NCBI GenBank assembly: GCA_029561555.1
Contig: JAKQXH010000044.1
Span: forward strand, 9,691-73,690
Origin: Candidatus Omnitrophota bacterium
Lineage (GTDB): Bacteria; Omnitrophota; Omnitrophia; Omnitrophales; Omnitrophaceae
DNA: 64,000 nucleotides
Direction of reading: 5' to 3'
The notes under the pieces are model-generated. The model ran no database searches. It was given only the letters and a program-made list of their open reading frames with translations, and had not been told where the DNA came from. The translations under genes and the position numbers were made by a program. The number at the start of each line of letters is the position of its first letter. Within the stretch, counting starts at the first letter, position 1. Positions 1-8,722 of this stretch are shown piece after piece.

Positions 1-3000
1 GAGACGTTTTCGTTTAATCAATATCCCGTTTCGTGGAGTTCGATGAACATCGCATATGAAGAAGTGGTGTTTGGGTTAATTCCGCGATTGGTTGGAAAAC
101 TGGGAACGGCCAGAACAGATGAGGTAATCGCAGGGCTCAGCGAAGGGTTGACATTTCCGGTGGTGATCGGAGAGAGCCTTGAGATGAGGGTAAAGGGGAT
201 TGTAAAGGTTCTCTGCGCAAAAGCCCTGGATGAGATGAAAGACGTCCGGATCAAAACTCTCGAAGATCTTCTTGCCTTCAAAGATATCTTTGCGTGTTTG
301 ACGGCGGATTTAAAGGGAAATCTTACCGATTATGTCGCGCATCTTTCCGCTCAGGAGAAATCGACGCTGGAGAGCTGGATCAACAGCTGGAGTTTGGAGG
401 CATGGAATGCCGGCGGAAATTTATACCCGGTTCGCGACTATTTTTACCAGCAGTTGAACCAGATTGATTTTCTTACGGTGGATGGGGTAAAGGTGCCGGT
501 TTGGCAGATTTTGGCGATTGAAAACTTTCCCTGGTCGAAAGAATACGATGAAGAGCTTTTCGCAGGGCTTAAACGCCGTGACGTGAAGGAAGCTGAAACC
601 TGGACGGAGGCAGACGATTACCTGAATTTTCGCTTTGACGACGTCACGTATTACGATGCAAATGGGCTCAGTCAAGTCGGACGGATTGAAGTGATCGCAA
701 ACGTGATTCGTCGCCTGCTTTCCGCGGATCCGCTCCCGGAAGCCGCGAAAGAGGTGTTTTTTGTGAATCAGAACGGCATGAAGGAAGTCGATCCCGAAGC
801 CTTGCGAAAATATTTGAAGGGCGTTGAGGCGATGCAGAAGGCGGTGACCGCTCAAGCGCGGGAACTGTGCGAAGAAATTGCGGCGAAGCTTGAGGGGATG
901 CGGAAAGGCAAATACACGATCGAGGAAATTCAGGCGCTTTATGATGAGGTCCTGAAATTACGGGCTGATTTAATCGAGCTTCTCACGCAAAAAGCCAACA
1001 AACATGAACGGCAGGATGTGATTGCGGTCGAAGACAAGATTCAGCTGATTTTCCAGAAGAAGGTCTTTGATCTTTTTGTGGCCATGGTCGGCGACGCGGA
1101 TCTGATTATTAAAGTGGGCGGGCGCAATGTGACGATCCCCGCCAAGGAGATCACAGACGCCATGCTGGCTTATCTCAAGGACAAGTTTGGGGATTCTATC
1201 GCGGCGCATCATTTTGCCGCTTTTTACGGGGTCAGCATGGAAGATATCCGGGGTCTCGACAAACTCGAGCAGTTTTTAAGCAACCAGGTGGTGGCGCTTC
1301 CCAGGAATTCGGAATACGTTCAGATTATTTCTCAGATTTCCGAACTGGGATATCTCGAGCTTGCCGCTCAATTGGTGGAACGGTTTCAGGACGAAGTGGT
1401 CAAGGGGCGGCGCGTGGATATTGATCGTTTGATGGAACTTCTCACGGACCGTGATTTGGCGCTGGAGCGTGCCGCCGGTATGGCTGAGAAAAGCTATGAC
1501 GAAGCCGTCGCGGCGCTGGATGAAATTCTGGCGGAAGACGGGACTATCCCGGCAGGGGATGTCGCGGGGGTTTTTGAAGCCGTTCAGGATTTCAGGAATA
1601 AGGTGATTTCTGAATTGAACGATGCGCTGAGCGGTAAGGATGATGCGATGAAAGCGGAACTCGAAGCAATCGCTAACCGGCTCAATGAAAAGATGAAAAC
1701 GTATGTCGAAAAATTTTTCTCTGAACATGCGGTGCGGTTCGGGAAGAATACTTTTCTTTTGGACGGAGAAACGGTTGCCCAGTTTGAAGCCTTGTTGGAA
1801 TTGCTGGCGGCCAAATATCCGGGCCTTTTGATCGAAGACCCGGTGGTTTTAGATCCCGATATCCGGATTCAGCCCGTATCGGATATTTTCGTGGCAAAAA
1901 TCGACGGGATGAGCCTTAGCGTGGCCGGTTTGGATTCAGGGGTGGTGAAAGGAAACATGGAAATCGAGACGGGGATCTGGCTTCCTGTCCTGCCGATAAA
2001 CGATTACAACCCGAAAGATCGTCCTACGAGAGAGCTTGGATTGCGAATGCTTCTTGCGGAAACGATTGAACGCATGCTGGATCTCGGGGTTTCTCTTTTC
2101 AATAAGAAGGGCGCGTTCAACTGGAAGCGCTTTGCCGCAGCTTTGGAGAAATCGGATTATGAACTGGCCGTGGCGGGGATAGAAAATTTCTATGAAGAGG
2201 ATCTTCCGGCTTTCAACGAGTTTGTCGATTCCCTCCGGGATTCCCGCGGCGCTGTTTCCGTCGGAGATCTTTCCCAAGTTAGCGAACGTTATGAGGAATT
2301 GAGCCGGAAGTTGGAGTATCTGACGGAAATTACCGGTGATGAGGGAGCGGAAGCCTTGAACAGGTTGAAAGAAGTTTATGAGGAGGCAGTCAGTGTGCTG
2401 AATATCGGAGGGGTACTGGTGGATGTAAAAGCCTTGACGGCCGTGCTGGTTGAACTTGAAAAGAACGGAGAGCTTTCAGCGGAGTTTTCGGTATTGCTGA
2501 AAGAATTAGTCAAGGGGGATCGGAGCGTTTCGGAAGTTTCCGTCAAGACCGGTGTCGTCAGCGGTCTGATATCCGGCGGTGTGTCAAAAGAAAGCACGAG
2601 ACTTCAAGCGGCGGACGATGCGGATATGGAATTGGGACTGGAGGATGTTTCGTTTACCTTGGGCCAACTCGCAAATATTCCGTTTTGGGCAAGCCGGAGG
2701 AACAGAGACCTCCTTTCGGGACTTGATGTTACCCGGAAAGCAAAATATCTCTATCTGACGCTGATCCCTCCCGAGAAACTTCTGGGATTGCTGGATATGC
2801 GCGCGCTGGCGGCGGGAAGCGGAGTGACGGCCGGCGGAATGATGAAGTCCTCGATGCTGGCCATGGACAGCGCGATGGTGGTCGCGCCCGTGTTGAATGC
2901 GGAGGTGATCGGCTCTGAAATTCGCGGATCCGTCTTGGCGCCGGAAGCGAAGGATACTCTGAATCTCGAGTCAAAGTCAGTCGGATTTCTCGCGACAGAA

Positions 3001-3561
3001 CTCTTGCCTGCCTTGATCGGGAAAATGACCGCTATGGGACTTCCGATTTCCGGGCCTGCCGGTGAAGTGGACGGGAAACGGTTTGAACTGGCCCTTCAAG
3101 GCAAACTTCCTCCGGTGAGGATCAGCAGGTTTCCGATCGAGAAAAGAGCTTATCTGGTGACCAATATTTTCGAGCGAAAGGACCTTTGGGGGGATCTAGT
3201 CAGAGAATCCGCCCGTGAATTCGGAGCCGGGAAGTTCTGGAAGCGGGAGTTTGGCGTGAGCGAAAAATCGGCGAGAAGATCCCGTGATTTCAGATCGGAC
3301 GAAAAAAAGAAAAGCGCTTCGGAGTTGGACTTGGCCAGGCTCCTGAAATCCGATTTGATCCGAGAGTATTTAGGCGGGGGCGGGGAAGGGATAAAGTCCG
3401 GCGAGGCGGATCTGGACCCTTGGGAGGCTCAGGTTTTTATTTTGGCGCTGTCGTTCGGGAATTCCGGGAGCCGCCAATTTGACAAGAAGGACGACGGAGA
3501 GGAGAACACCCTTCTTGCATGGTATGAAGATCAGCTCGAGTTGGAAGAGGCGTTGGGATGA
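1..3561 (+). CDS. Large hypothetical protein, C-terminal part (5'-truncated by the window); acidic, predicted mostly alpha-helical
   Basis: 1172-aa ORF from ATG 43. Frame 1 has no stop from position 1 (gag acg ttt tcg ... = ETFSFNQYPVSWSS-M), so the gene probably starts upstream. No family motif recognised. Confidence 0.8.
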   Translation, partial: ETFSFNQYPVSWSSMNIAYEEVVFGLIPRLVGKLGTARTDEVIAGLSEGLTFPVVIGESLEMRVKGIVKVLCAKALDEMKDVRIKTLEDLLAFKDIFACLTADLKGNLTDYVAHLSAQEKSTLESWINSWSLEAWNAGGNLYPVRDYFYQQLNQIDFLTVDGVKVPVWQILAIENFPWSKEYDEELFAGLKRRDVKEAETWTEADDYLNFRFDDVTYYDANGLSQVGRIEVIANVIRRLLSADPLPEAAKEVFFVNQNGMKEVDPEALRKYLKGVEAMQKAVTAQARELCEEIAAKLEGMRKGKYTIEEIQALYDEVLKLRADLIELLTQKANKHERQDVIAVEDKIQLIFQKKVFDLFVAMVGDADLIIKVGGRNVTIPAKEITDAMLAYLKDKFGDSIAAHHFAAFYGVSMEDIRGLDKLEQFLSNQVVALPRNSEYVQIISQISELGYLELAAQLVERFQDEVVKGRRVDIDRLMELLTDRDLALERAAGMAEKSYDEAVAALDEILAEDGTIPAGDVAGVFEAVQDFRNKVISELNDALSGKDDAMKAELEAIANRLNEKMKTYVEKFFSEHAVRFGKNTFLLDGETVAQFEALLELLAAKYPGLLIEDPVVLDPDIRIQPVSDIFVAKIDGMSLSVAGLDSGVVKGNMEIETGIWLPVLPINDYNPKDRPTRELGLRMLLAETIERMLDLGVSLFNKKGAFNWKRFAAALEKSDYELAVAGIENFYEEDLPAFNEFVDSLRDSRGAVSVGDLSQVSERYEELSRKLEYLTEITGDEGAEALNRLKEVYEEAVSVLNIGGVLVDVKALTAVLVELEKNGELSAEFSVLLKELVKGDRSVSEVSVKTGVVSGLISGGVSKESTRLQAADDADMELGLEDVSFTLGQLANIPFWASRRNRDLLSGLDVTRKAKYLYLTLIPPEKLLGLLDMRALAAGSGVTAGGMMKSSMLAMDSAMVVAPVLNAEVIGSEIRGSVLAPEAKDTLNLESKSVGFLATELLPALIGKMTAMGLPISGPAGEVDGKRFELALQGKLPPVRISRFPIEKRAYLVTNIFERKDLWGDLVRESAREFGAGKFWKREFGVSEKSARRSRDFRSDEKKKSASELDLARLLKSDLIREYLGGGGEGIKSGEADLDPWEAQVFILALSFGNSGSRQFDKKDDGEENTLLAWYEDQLELEEALG

Positions 3562-3590
3562 AATAGAGGCTTTTTCGCGATAACCTTCAC

Positions 3591-3628
3591 AAAGGGGCCG
3601 CCCAAAACCGGGCGGTCTTTTTGTTTTT
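3591..3628. terminator. Intrinsic terminator between convergent genes, possibly bidirectional
   Basis: Stem AAAGGGGCCGCCC / GGGCGGTCTTTTT with loop AAAACC, followed by GTTTTT; a short A-run on the 5' side. Confidence 0.8.
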
Positions 3629-4802
3629 AGGACTGCGGATTCAGGATTCTATCCGCGACGTGTTCGGCAAAGGCGAGGCTTGACGTCAGGCCGGGGGATA
3701 CGGCGTTCAGGATATGGGTCGAATCTTTGAAGTATTCCGCGACAAGGTCATTAACCATTTTCCCGCTTGAGTCCACCATTTGAGCCCGGATCCCGGCGCG
3801 CGCGGGAATGATATCGTCTGATTTAACTCCTGAGACCAATGATTGGATCTGCCTGAGAAAAGCTGATTTGGACAATGAGACCATGGCGTTGTCGAAAGCA
3901 ATACCGACGAATTCGGGGTTCATGAAAAGCCGGATGAACTGCCTCGAAAGAAATATTCCCGGCATTTCCCGCCATACCCATTCTTTATTATAAGCTTCCC
4001 GTCCGAAAGCAGGAACTGCGCTTGGGCCGGCAAGGACCCGCCCGTCGGTTTCCCGCGTGAGGTGAATGCTCAAAAAGGGAAAACGCAAATCCGGTGCCTG
4101 ATAAATCATCGAGCGGACGCCGCAGTTTCTGACTTCCATGTATTCGCCGCGGAAGGGGATAATCCGGTATTGTTTGCCGACGTCCATCATGTGCGCGATC
4201 GTGTCCGAGTGAAGCCCCGCACAATTGATGACGTGATCGGCCTCGATTTTCCCCTGGTTGGTGGAAACGGTTTTCCCGTCGATGCCGGTAACTTTTGTGC
4301 CGAAGCGGTAACGGATCCCCAGACCTTTCGCTTCTTGCGTGAGCGCTTCCATCAGTGCGGGGGCATCTACGGTTGCGCCCTGAGGCGAGAAGAGCGCGGC
4401 GATTCCCAGTGAAGCGGGCTCCCGCTCTTTCAATTCTTTTTGTGTGATTATTTTGAGTCCCGGGACTTCGCACTGCATTCCCATATCAAGAAGTTTTTCA
4501 AGTACGCAGCATTCTTTTTCCGTCCGGGCACTGACCAGGGTCCCGCATTCCTCCATCGGGACTTTCTTTTTTCGGCAGTACTCGCGGAGAAGCCGGTTCC
4601 CTTCGACGCACATACGGGCTTTCATGGAACCCGGTTTCTGATTGATGCCGGAGTGGATGACCCCGCTGTTGCGGCCGCTTTGATGCTGCCCGGCGGAGGG
4701 CTCTTTCTCGAGAATGGTGATTGGTCCCGCTTTCTTAAACGCTAATGCGCGCCCGATCGTGGTCCCAATGACTCCCGCACCGATAATCACAATATGCGCC
4801 AT
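3627..4802 (-). CDS. lhgO: L-2-hydroxyglutarate oxidase/dehydrogenase (LhgO family, FAD-dependent)
   Basis: GAGVIG FAD motif, HQSGRNSGVIHSG, INCAGLHSD, IIPFRGEY, PDLRFPFL, AGIRAQ, HILNAVSPGLTSS. Start trimmed to ATG 4802 (MAHIVIIG). Confidence 0.85.
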   Translation of the reverse strand: MAHIVIIGAGVIGTTIGRALAFKKAGPITILEKEPSAGQHQSGRNSGVIHSGINQKPGSMKARMCVEGNRLLREYCRKKKVPMEECGTLVSARTEKECCVLEKLLDMGMQCEVPGLKIITQKELKEREPASLGIAALFSPQGATVDAPALMEALTQEAKGLGIRYRFGTKVTGIDGKTVSTNQGKIEADHVINCAGLHSDTIAHMMDVGKQYRIIPFRGEYMEVRNCGVRSMIYQAPDLRFPFLSIHLTRETDGRVLAGPSAVPAFGREAYNKEWVWREMPGIFLSRQFIRLFMNPEFVGIAFDNAMVSLSKSAFLRQIQSLVSGVKSDDIIPARAGIRAQMVDSSGKMVNDLVAEYFKDSTHILNAVSPGLTSSLAFAEHVADRILNPQS

Positions 4803-4864
4803 AACAAACCTTTCCAGTTGATGGAACCGCATTCCAATCAAATCCGGTTTGAATCCCGGACTTC

Positions 4865-4893
4865 TTGCCCGTTCGCGAAAACAATTGTATATT
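4865..4893 (+). promoter_or_regulatory. Putative sigma70 promoter for the 5026 gene
   Basis: TTGCCC-17 nt-TATATT in the divergent intergenic region. Confidence 0.5.
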
Positions 4894-5025
4894 AAATTTA
4901 GATTTCCGCAAAAGATTCCGTAATTATATAGGAAGGTTTCGTCGAAGGAATCGAAGATGCATTTTTTGATTTTTTATCGAATGGTTTGACGTGTAAATTG
5001 TTTTTCACGGACACTCTCTCTTAAT

Positions 5026-6510
5026 ATGAGCAAAGTCTTCTTATTGAATCCGCCGATTAGCGCCAGGGAACGGTCCGGGGCGCTGGCTTCAGCCATCGGG
5101 CGAAGCATGCCTTACGGCTTAATCAGCCTTGCCGCCGTTTTGAGAAAATCGGGTTACGAGATCGATTTTTTTGATGCCGCGGCGCAGGGGGTCGGGATTG
5201 AAGAAACCGTGGAGAGGATTCTTTCCGGTTCTCCGGATTATCTCGGCATCAGTACGGTAACGATTTCCGTCGACCGGAGCGGAAAAATCGCGCAAAAAAT
5301 CAGAGCCCGCAACCCGAAGGTAAAAATTCTGGTCGGGGGGGCCCATATGAGTTCGGCGCCGGAAGAGACGATGAAACGTTTCCCGGATTTCGATATCGGC
5401 GTGATCGGAGAAGGGGAGTATTCGATTCTTGAATTGCTGAAAGCCCTTGAGGGAGGTTTGCCGATTAGAGAAATCCCCGGCATCATTTACCGGGAGGGCG
5501 GGAAAACCGTTTTAACCGCCAAAAGGCCCCCGATTATGAATTTGGACGCCCTTCCGATGCCGGCGTGGGATTTGATCCCCGATTTTGCCCAGGTCTATCG
5601 AGCTTCCGCGTCGTCGTATCTTCGTCTGCCGTCGACGACTTTGGTGACGTCCCGGGGATGTTCGGCGCGGTGTATTTTTTGCAACAGCCGGATGCTTTTC
5701 GGCGATTTCCGGAGTTTTAGCGCCGACTACGTGCTTGAGCAGATCCGCCATTTGAAAAGCAAATACCACATCAATGATATCAGCATTTATGACGATAATT
5801 TCCTGATCAGCCGCGACCGGGTGGCGAAAATTTGCGAAGGGATTCTCCGGGAGAAGATCAATATTACCTGGTCCTGCTATTCGCGGGTGGATCAGGGGGA
5901 TTTGGAATTGTTCCGGCTGATGAAAAAAGCGGGCTGCTGGCTGATCAGTTACGGAATCGAAAGCGGCTGCCAGCGGATCCTGAACCTGTTGAACAAGCGG
6001 GTGACTTTGGAACAGATCGAAAAGACGGTGACCCTCACGAAAAAGGCGGGGCTAAGGGTCCGTGGTTTTTTCATGATCGGGCATTTCGGGGAAACTCGCG
6101 AATCGATTCTGCAGACGATTGATTTTATGAGAAAAATCCCTCTCGATGATTTTAATTACACCGTCTTCACGCCGATGCCGGGGACTCCCGCTTATAATAT
6201 CGCGGACCGGTACGGAAAATTCGACCGGACCTGGAGCAAGATGAATTTTCAGTATATGGTGTTCGTTCCGAACGGCTTGACTGCCGATGAGATCGAACGG
6301 TATTCCAGACTGGGCTACCGGAAGTTTTATTTCAGAGCCAGGATTTTAATTCCCTATCTTCTGCTTTTGCTGACGCATCCGACGGGGATTCGAAGACTTT
6401 TTCACGGCCTGCAGGCCGTTTTATTGAGAGTTTTCGCGAAGAAGCATTGCACTCCCGTTGAGGAAGCGTTGGTTGCTTCGGGAAGCGGAGACTTCTGTCC
6501 TCCGGCGTAA
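5026..6510 (+). CDS. Cobalamin-binding-domain radical SAM enzyme (class B methyltransferase-like)
   Basis: N-terminal B12-binding fold (LLNPP...PYGLISLAAVL...VGGAHMS...VIGEGE), TSRGCSARCIFC, YDDNF, ISYGIESG, FTPMPGT. Confidence 0.9.
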   Translation: MSKVFLLNPPISARERSGALASAIGRSMPYGLISLAAVLRKSGYEIDFFDAAAQGVGIEETVERILSGSPDYLGISTVTISVDRSGKIAQKIRARNPKVKILVGGAHMSSAPEETMKRFPDFDIGVIGEGEYSILELLKALEGGLPIREIPGIIYREGGKTVLTAKRPPIMNLDALPMPAWDLIPDFAQVYRASASSYLRLPSTTLVTSRGCSARCIFCNSRMLFGDFRSFSADYVLEQIRHLKSKYHINDISIYDDNFLISRDRVAKICEGILREKINITWSCYSRVDQGDLELFRLMKKAGCWLISYGIESGCQRILNLLNKRVTLEQIEKTVTLTKKAGLRVRGFFMIGHFGETRESILQTIDFMRKIPLDDFNYTVFTPMPGTPAYNIADRYGKFDRTWSKMNFQYMVFVPNGLTADEIERYSRLGYRKFYFRARILIPYLLLLLTHPTGIRRLFHGLQAVLLRVFAKKHCTPVEEALVASGSGDFCPPA

Positions 6511-6551
6511 TGTGAATTCGGATTCGTTTCCCGGAAGACGGCAAACTGTTT

Positions 6552-8657
6552 TTATTCCCGGGGAATTGTGATGCCGGAAGGAAATACGGGCTTCCAATGA
6601 AAAACTTTGGATTCGGGGTTTTTGGGTTCGATTAGTTTTATATTTGAGAAAATCAGTTTTTCATTGTGTCTGGCAATCGCGTGAAGCCCGATCCTTCCGT
6701 TAAACTGACAAATTTTCGATATAACTTCCAAGCGGGCGATAATATTTTCATTGTAAAACAAAAAATAATCCGAATCGATTTTTCGGAACGAAAAGCGAAA
6801 ATTTCGTTGAAAGGCCCCGACGGCAAAGCAAATCGCCGGCGAGGTCTCTCCGTTCAAAACAATGCGGGTGTAAAGATAGTAAAGACTGGCGATGAATGCG
6901 GTATAATTTTGAGGGTCGCGGAGCCCTACGATGAGACCTCCGATAAATTCTCCGGTCATCTCGGCTTCGAATAAAGCAGGGGCGTGATTCTCCTGGCTTA
7001 TGAAAATAGGGAACCCTTTGATTTCAACCGGGGATTGTGTTTTAGGGTTTTCGGAAAATACAATGGTGTTTGCGGGCCCCGGGTGACCGAAACTTTCCAC
7101 CGCGTTTTCCTTCTCGGAAATTATTCTGGAGTACCAGAGGCTTTTGTCCGCTTTTTCCGTGAGATAAAGCGGGGTTTTTTCGGAACTTTGGCAGGATTGC
7201 CGGTCCAGCAATCCGTCCGGAATGGCTTTCGCGATTTTTTGAACCGCAGTCCCGCCGTAACAATAATCCGGATTTTTCCGGAAAAAACCCGAGACCTTTT
7301 GTGCGATTTGCGCCGTATTGTTTTGGGGTTTAAAAGCGGGAATGAGAACTTCTTGGATCTGCCGATATCCGTAACCGATTTGAAAGAGGCAGAAAAGGCC
7401 GCAGCAGGAAATGACCAAGGCGAATTTTGAAAATGTCTTTTTGGGGAAAGGTCCGGACAAGACATGAAGGGATCTGAAGACCGTTCCCAGAAGAATAAAA
7501 AACATGAAATTACCCGCATAGTAGTAATAAGTCGCCGAAGTTAAGTATTCGACGCCCCGGTAGGAGGCCAGCCCCAGAAATAGCATCAAAAGGTATGACG
7601 AAGCGAAAATTGCCAATGTGACGGATGCAAAATCTTTCCGCTTCGCATAATTGAAAAATGCGTAAGCGAAATTCACGATGATGCTTAACAGTGAAATGAC
7701 CGTCGAAAACCAGATTTCCCATTTGGGCATCTGAGAAAAATCCCAGACGATTCTTCCTCCGATATCCCAATCCAAGCGGAGATGAACCAGATTGGGCAGG
7801 CCGAATGCCGTTAGAAAAACTCCCGGAAGAGCGTAGATTTCTTTTATTCTCAGAAGATTGCTTTTCAGGAAACCGGGATTTGGATACAGGGTGCTTTCCG
7901 TCGGGGGGGCCGTCAATTGCAGCAGCAGTTCCCGATGGTTTAAAAGCAGGCTCAGGAGAACCGGCGCGAAAAATACCAGGCAGAGTTTCCAATCTGTTCC
8001 GTGGGACGGGGCGCTGTTTTTTTTGCGGTAAAAGCCGAAAAGACTTGTGCAAAGGAAGAAAAACCCGCAAGCGAACATTGTGGCAAAAATGATTTCATGA
8101 AATTGGCAGGCGATTAGGAAAAGGCCGCTTGCGCCGATAGAAGTTTTTGAGGAAAGGTCTTTCTCTCCGTTCCGGCAAAGCAGTCGAAGTCCCAGGCTTG
8201 CAAATAAAATGCTGAACATATAGGGACTGATGTGCCGATAGACAATCATTTCCATTCCCGTGTATTGAAAGAGAAAGGTTCCGGCCAGAAGAAATGAAAA
8301 CCATATCGGAGCGATGCAGCGGATGAGCAGAAATAGGCAGAAGCAGATAAGGGCGTGCAGGATAATGCTCAGCGCGCCGACGGCGTACAGATTGGTCCTG
8401 GAAAAGATGTCCAACAGGGCAAGCGTTCCCAGCGTTCCCGGCTTCATCCAAAGTCCCTTTTCCTGGTAAATATGCCGTGTCCTGGCGTAGTGGAACGAAT
8501 GAATAAAGTAGTCCCAATCGGAGTTAAAGTATTGGCGTTCGATCATGAAGAAATTCTGGTCCGAACGCGGGTAGGCGACAATGCCGTACCGGTAGATCCA
8601 AAAAGAAGCGATCAGGAAGAACAGCAGTATTACCCAATTTTTAGTGAGAATTTTCAT
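6552..8657 (-). CDS. Multi-pass membrane protein, GT-C glycosyltransferase-like, with a C-terminal beta-sandwich-like soluble domain
   Basis: About 10-12 hydrophobic segments after an N-terminal TM and a 'YPRSDQ' loop. The C-terminus is beta-rich (GGLIVG...YFLFYNE...GRIGL...FSNIKL). Start ATG 8657, or ATG 8726 which overlaps the upstream stop as ATGA; the ORF-track start at 9038 lies inside the neighbouring gene. Confidence 0.65.
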   Translation of the reverse strand: MKILTKNWVILLFFLIASFWIYRYGIVAYPRSDQNFFMIERQYFNSDWDYFIHSFHYARTRHIYQEKGLWMKPGTLGTLALLDIFSRTNLYAVGALSIILHALICFCLFLLIRCIAPIWFSFLLAGTFLFQYTGMEMIVYRHISPYMFSILFASLGLRLLCRNGEKDLSSKTSIGASGLFLIACQFHEIIFATMFACGFFFLCTSLFGFYRKKNSAPSHGTDWKLCLVFFAPVLLSLLLNHRELLLQLTAPPTESTLYPNPGFLKSNLLRIKEIYALPGVFLTAFGLPNLVHLRLDWDIGGRIVWDFSQMPKWEIWFSTVISLLSIIVNFAYAFFNYAKRKDFASVTLAIFASSYLLMLFLGLASYRGVEYLTSATYYYYAGNFMFFILLGTVFRSLHVLSGPFPKKTFSKFALVISCCGLFCLFQIGYGYRQIQEVLIPAFKPQNNTAQIAQKVSGFFRKNPDYCYGGTAVQKIAKAIPDGLLDRQSCQSSEKTPLYLTEKADKSLWYSRIISEKENAVESFGHPGPANTIVFSENPKTQSPVEIKGFPIFISQENHAPALFEAEMTGEFIGGLIVGLRDPQNYTAFIASLYYLYTRIVLNGETSPAICFAVGAFQRNFRFSFRKIDSDYFLFYNENIIARLEVISKICQFNGRIGLHAIARHNEKLIFSNIKLIEPKNPESKVFHWKPVFPSGITIPRE

Positions 8658-8722
8658 GAAAGGATGGACCGGTTTCCGGCTTGAGGGGCAGAAGGCTATG
8701 TCGGGGGTTTCCGGCGGCAAGT

